A stretch of DNA of 64,000 bases. Origin: Eledone cirrhosa. Taxonomy: Eukaryota. The stretch is from assembly GCA_964016885.1 (NCBI GenBank), contig OZ024741.1:183892001-183956000 (forward strand). Reading direction: 5' to 3'. The notes under the pieces are model-generated. The model saw nothing but the letters and a program-made list of their open reading frames with translations, ran no database searches and was not told the origin of the DNA. Position numbers and translations under genes: made by a program. Every line of letters begins with the position of its first letter. The stretch's first letter is position 1. Below are positions 58,206 to 64,000 of this stretch, in pieces.

Positions 58206-59937
58206 TGAATGGGACCCTTGAGCTTCATGGAGTCTAGCTAACTCTTTGACGTCAGGCTGGATTTTCGTAAGATGTAGCCGGAGATCTTCACGTACAATCA
58301 CATTGTAGCGGTTGCGAGCCTTATTATGCAGTCTGAAAACAGCGCCAAACCCCCCCTCGACTAAGTATGAGCTAGGAAAAGGCAGAGCAAATCTCTTAGA
58401 CTCTGCATGTAGGAGTGGAAATCCACGCTGAATTTCCTCTTGCATCCAAAATCTTGCATGGAAAATCTAATTTTGATAATGTCATCTGTTTGAAGTTCAA
58501 TGAATTCTTCCTGAAATTTAACGTCCAAATCGTCGACGTCTGCTATCCACATTGGGATGTCCACCTCCAAAAGGCCGACAAACCGTTCTCTCATGTTGTC
58601 TTGTAGTGCACGGAGGTGTGCGGTATAAATTTGGACTTGGTCATCGCTCACAATGTTTTGAACATTGGCGACACTAGGAACATTATAGAATTCCCGTCGA
58701 CAAAGATTCCTTTCGATGACATTCAATTTGGCCAGAAATATTTTCACAGCATTCCCCCTGCAAAGCCTTAATTAGGCTATTGCATTTGTCGAAGATGTCG
58801 GCGAGATAGGCGCAGTCTTGCCTCACATCGAGGGTTTTCTTTTTGTACAGTTCTGTGTTGCGTCCTCGAAGAAACAACTCAATGATAGAGTCGAACAGTT
58901 CAAAGAAGCGAGTAAGGCACATGCCCTTTGAAAGCTACCTCACTTCAGTATGAAGGAACAACTCGACAAATTCTTCGTCATTATCTTCGCACCGGAAAAT
59001 TCGTTCATTGAGGGCATCGAGTTTGATATAATTGATGACATCAATGGCTACCTGCAAAGACTTGCCCAGCGGCTCGCTGAGTTTCTTCGCACCCAAGTGT
59101 CGATGAATGACACATTGAACAGCAAATACAGATGGATTTTCCCTCTTCAGAAGAGAGACGAAACCCTTATGTTGGCCGACCATTGCTCTTGCGCCGTCCG
59201 TAGCACATGATACAATATTGTTAAGAGGTATCTCTTTTTCTTCGAGGTATCCCTTGACAGATTCAAAGATGGTGGTACCTTTAGTATCTGTGGCTAGATT
59301 CAAAGTGAAGAGAAGCTCTTCGTGCATTTCGTTTTGGTGGAAAAATCGCACGTATCCCAGTAGTAAGGGCTGATTCCTGGAAAGTGTGCTTTCATCAAGT
59401 TGCAAAGCAAATTGTGTCGATTTCAAGATGTTGCATAATTTTTGTTCAACATTTTCCGCCATTTCGTCGATACTTCTCCTTATTGAGTCGTTACTCAACG
59501 GAATACATTTCAAGATCTTTAACGGGTTCTGATGTAGTACTGTTGAAAGAACTTCTGAGATGACAGGTGCTACCAATGTTTCACCCAAGGAATGGGGCTT
59601 GCCACACTTTGCGATTATGTTGGCAATATTGTAAGATGCGACAAGTCTATCAACATTTGAAGCTTCAGCTTTTGAAAAGGCAGAAGACATTAGTGTTGTT
59701 TTCTGAAATTGGTCCCTAAGAGACTGAAAGTGTGCTAAATCTTTATATCTCTTATCGGGGTGCCTCCCATCCAGGTGTCTACTCAAACGCGATGGCTTCA
59801 TCGCCTCATTCGAAAAGGACTCCTTGCAAATTAAACACATGGGGGACAGGTGGTTCGATGGCGATGGGATGAATCCGAACCGTAAGTAATCAACGCTGTA
59901 CTGTCTGCATCATTTTTTTCTTCATTGCTGAGGCCAT
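58206..59937 (-). pseudogene. hAT transposase of the Buster/Charlie group (ZBED5/SCAND3-like), frameshifted
   Basis: N-terminal CRQYSVDYLRFGF..MCLIC..AMKPSRLSRHL (BED finger), FALQLDEST, TDGA.AM.G, CVIHR, HTEVR*LSKG, FPSSYLVE.GF, C-terminal QGSH. A candidate TIR CAAAGGTTCTCAAC at 57587 follows GCCTAGAG; the other end was not found. Confidence 0.88.
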
Positions 59938-60936
59938 TTTCTGTTTATCGAATGTGTTTGGTAATTATCACGCAAAGATTTGCCTATATAAGCCTATAAA
60001 ATTATGTATAAGGAACTTACAATAATGAGTCCTGTTCCAGTATGATAAAGTTTCAAGTAATGTTCTGGAATAACGCGTGTAATAAACACAACTGCAATGA
60101 AAGACACAAATACTGTCATTAATTGACCAAGTCGAGACAAGTTATATATGAAGATTAACCAGTCTTTCATGTAGGAATAGTAATAACTTAGCTTGAGGGA
60201 ATTAAGTTGCCAGACTCAATAAAGGATCAATGAGGCAACGAGTTCAATAGAACTTAATGCAAGAATGACTAGTAATGTGCTATTTTGAAATGGAATTCAT
60301 CAATTAAGTACGTAGTGATAAGACGCGATAACACTAAGTTAAGACATTACTTATTAGTCAGACTTACTCAAATTATCGCCCTTACCTTAATGCATCACTG
60401 TGATATTCTTGTAATGGTGCTGCAATTATAATGGATGACTGTTGAAGACTACAAAAACACTTCCTTAAGCACAAGGCTATAACAAGACTTGATCGATCGT
60501 AGTATAAACAGTCAGTTTATATAGGAATAACAACAACCTAGTTATAGAATAAATGATGTGGAAATGCAATGAAGAGAAGATGGGGTCAAGCAATGTTAGT
60601 AAGAATGAGCTGAAGTATCGAGCTCACGCCGAACACGGTGATGAACGGGCCAGTGAATTTAATTCATGAATAATATTGCTCTTTTCCAGCGGCTTCGTTT
60701 GCCTTAAAAATGTGAGGGGACAAACCAACATTTGTTGGAGCATGTTAGTATTACTTATGGTGTCTTTCCTGAACCCTATCACATAAGTAACATTTTACGC
60801 TAATTAAATTTTATATATTCAAATGAAGTTCAGATATAAAAAAAAATAAACTTAAAAAGTATTTATTATATCAAATAAACAAAAAATAAAACATAGATGT
60901 TTGAATAAAAAACATATAAAGTTAAATTATTGTCTT

Positions 60937-62115
60937 TTAGAACTTTCCAAATGTATCATATCTCGCATCATTGCTGTCAATAAATAATTTAGCAACTTCT
61001 TCACAACTAATCTTTTTCAAAACATCTCTGTGAACGTGGCATATTAGAATATGATTCAACCTTTGTTGAGTCATGGTCGGTCGCACCCAAGTTTTGAGTC
61101 TCTGCAGAGCGCTAAAAGATCTTTCAGATTCACAAGAACTGGTTGGAAACATTAAAAGTAGCCTGAGCAATCGTTCACCATTTAGAAACATGCGACGGAC
61201 TTCTGGTTGCATTTCACCGAATATTTTACGATGGTCCTCGAGAGATGATCGATTATGATGATTTCTATAAAAAGTATTTCGTTCCTTAAAGAAAATTCAT
61301 CAAGCTCTGGATAGTGCATGATCACTTCAGCACAAACATTTCCATTGAGTAAAATATTGCTCAGTTTTTCATAATCTGCTAAATCCTGTGAAAAAAAAAA
61401 AATCTTTCAAATTTGATATGGCAGTATCCACTACCTGCAAATACTACACTCTGTAATGATCCAAAACAGTGCAGTATTGATATCTTAACGCATTTCCTCC
61501 CTGGTATCTTTTAGGAACCTTTCGTTGCCTGGGTAGTTCCAAAGGAGAAATATCGAGTTAATAAATGATTTTTTCTGCTGTATTGAACAGCTCTTGAAAT
61601 TTTTTTTCACTGCGTAGATTTTTTAGCTCCTCCTGCACCAGTTTGACACTATGCAACATGCTACCTAGATTGACGATGGTACTTTGAAAAGATTTGTTCA
61701 ATCCTTCAAGGAATTGAAGTAATGGAACTACAACGTGCTATCCACGAACACATTGGCCCGGAGAGTAACACGTAAGAATAACATTAGCTCTGGATGCAAT
61801 GTTGGTGCCAAACTCATTTGTAGCCTCTTGTAAAGAAATAGGGACATCTGAATAATTGTGAAGAAAAGCTTTGACTTCAGAAAGTCGTGTTAGCCATCGA
61901 GTAGGGCACACAGGTTTTAAGGAGCGTGGTGACGATACTTCATTTTCTTCATCATGTTGTGATAAATACGCGTGCTTAAATTTCCCTGATGTACTATATA
62001 GTTTCCGCAATTCATTCACGTAATCTAGAACATTTTTGATAAATGAAGCTTGTTGAACGGACTCAGCTATAATAAGTTGAGAAATATGAATGCCGCAGTG
62101 CACGTAATGGGCCAA
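60937..62115 (-). pseudogene. C-terminal half of a second hAT transposase (ZMYM1/Tip100-like), decayed
   Basis: YVHC..H, LKPVCPTRW, and the dimerisation domain PTSSCESERSFSALQRLKTWVR.TMTQQRLN; frameshifts and stops between the pieces. Confidence 0.85.
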
Positions 62116-62817
62116 ATCAAGTTATGTTAGAATCTTTAAGAAGATCTTTAAAAAATATTCGTACGAATTAAATACAAATATAAAAAGTTTCAATCCAAAA
62201 CAAAAGCAAACTATTTCAAAATATATAATTTTTGAAAAATAGACGTGAATGTTCTCAAAGACTTGATCTCAGTCGAAAGAGCTTTTTTTTAAAATTCTAT
62301 ATTTCACTATTAGCTGTTGTAGTATTTCGATTGGATAAACAATTCTACAATTCAAACTGTAAAGTCAAAATACAAATGAAGTATTTCTTACCTTTCTCTG
62401 AAATCACAAACCCAGGGGAAAAATAGTACCTTGCAAAATAAGATACCTCGTAGCAAAATAAAATATTTAGTAGCAAAAAATGAATTGAGAAGCTTGGTGA
62501 CAGTGAGAAAGCAATATTTGTAGCCCTTATATATATACATAGATAGATACACACACACACACACACACACATAAACGCGCACGCACACAAACACATATAT
62601 ACATACACACACACGTTTGTGCCTTGGTTTTGGTACAGAAAGAATTTTGACTCCAATTTTTATTGCCATGTCAAAGGCCACTGCTCTTTACAACAACGCC
62701 AAATAACACAACACGCCACCCAGCAATCGAGCCCACAACATTATAATCGTAAGTCCAACACCGTTACCACTAGGCCACGTGCCTCCACACACACACACAT
62801 TCACATACACACACATC

Positions 62818-62880
<63 letters not shown>

Positions 62881-63085
62881 GAAGAGAGAAAGAGGGAGGG
62901 ACAGAGAGAGTAAGAAATGTGTGTGTGTGTGTGTGTGTGTGTTTGGTACACGTCTATCTATCTATCTATCATTCTATCTATGTATCTATCTCCAACAGGG
63001 GGCTCAAACATGCGGCCCACGAACTACTTTTCTGTGAGAGGTGGTAGAACCAATATTTCATATCGCATTTTAACTGGTGAAAATA

Positions 63086-63295
63086 AGGCGGTGGAATCGT
63101 TAGCACATCTGGCGAAATGCTTAACGGTACTTCTTCCGTTTTTACGTTCTGAGTCCAAATTCCGCCGATCTCAACTTTGCCTTTCATCCTTTTGGGGTCG
63201 ATGAATTAAGTACCAGTTGTGTACTAGGATCGATCTAATAGACTGAACTCTAAACCCCAAATTTCATGCCTTGTTCCTATAGAAGAAATGATTAT
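63086..63295 (+). mobile_element. Older SINE copy
   Basis: Head, B-box-like GAGTCCAAATTCC and GCCTTTCATCCTTTTGGGGTCGAT central domain. Confidence 0.8.
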
Positions 63296-63706
63296 AACTG
63301 GTGAAAATCTTCACCCACCACCACGTTCGGCCCACTGTGCCTTTCCCCCAGGACGTAATGGCCCTTTTGTGTCCTTGAGTTTGAGACCCCTCTTCTACAC
63401 ACACACACACACATATATATACTTTACTTTTTTACTGTCTCTGGACTACGCCCATGCTGGAGCATCACCTTGGTAAGTTATGGGGACGTCAGCAAACCAA
63501 CAAGCATTGGTGGGAAGGCAAACACAAACGTAAAGACACACACAGAGATATATACATATATACGACAGGCTTCTTTAAGTTTAGGTCTATAAAATCCACT
63601 CACAGGGCTTTGGTCGGCCCGGGCAGTGGGACTGAACCCTGAAATAGGTGGTTGGGAAGCAAGCTTCTTGTCACACTCCGTATATATATATATATATACG
63701 GAGTAA

Positions 63707-63890
63707 GACGGTGAATTTGCAGTATCGGTAGAGGGTTGGACGCCATGCTTTCTAGCATAGTTACGTCCCTTTACTGTCTGAGTTCAAATCCCGTCGAGGT
63801 TAACTTTGCCTTTCATCCTTACGGGGTCGATAAAATAAAGTACCAGTAATGTACTGGTGATTTGCTGGCCTTGTGCTTAAAGTAGAAACA
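63707..63890 (+). mobile_element. Full-length SINE, short variant, in (TA)n
   Basis: All SINE modules present. Confidence 0.9.
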
Positions 63891-63929
<39 letters not shown>

Positions 63930-64000
63930 CAAGGTTTAGCAAATAGAGAAAAGGTTTAAAATAAATTAAAAAAAGTTCGCTGTACTTACTATATGTGCCT

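Overview
Eukaryotic, AT-rich, microsatellite-saturated non-coding DNA. The repeat content ((TA)n/(CA)n/(TATC)n tracts and one dominant tRNA-derived SINE) resembles an octopod cephalopod genome; this is an inference from composition and repeat style. I find no credible host protein-coding exon, and almost all listed ORFs are translations of simple repeats. Recognisable elements are: more than 25 copies or fragments of a tRNA-derived SINE; a 3'-truncated Tx1/L1-clade LINE plus several 5'-truncated 3' ends sitting in (TATC)n or (ATT)n; RTE, R4/Dong-like and CRE-like 3' ends; a Chapaev3-like DNA transposon with both ends; two decayed hAT transposases; and several MITEs. The signal the ORF track misses is a population of type I hammerhead ribozyme motifs. 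There are about 12 complete or point-mutated motifs plus several half motifs, from at least 7 unrelated sequence families. They lie in short islands flanked by (TA)n and are often arranged as fold-back inverted repeats, which is the architecture of Penelope-like element/retrozyme termini. Several families share a non-canonical U.U apposition at the base of stem II. All structures were read by eye and none has been computed or tested.
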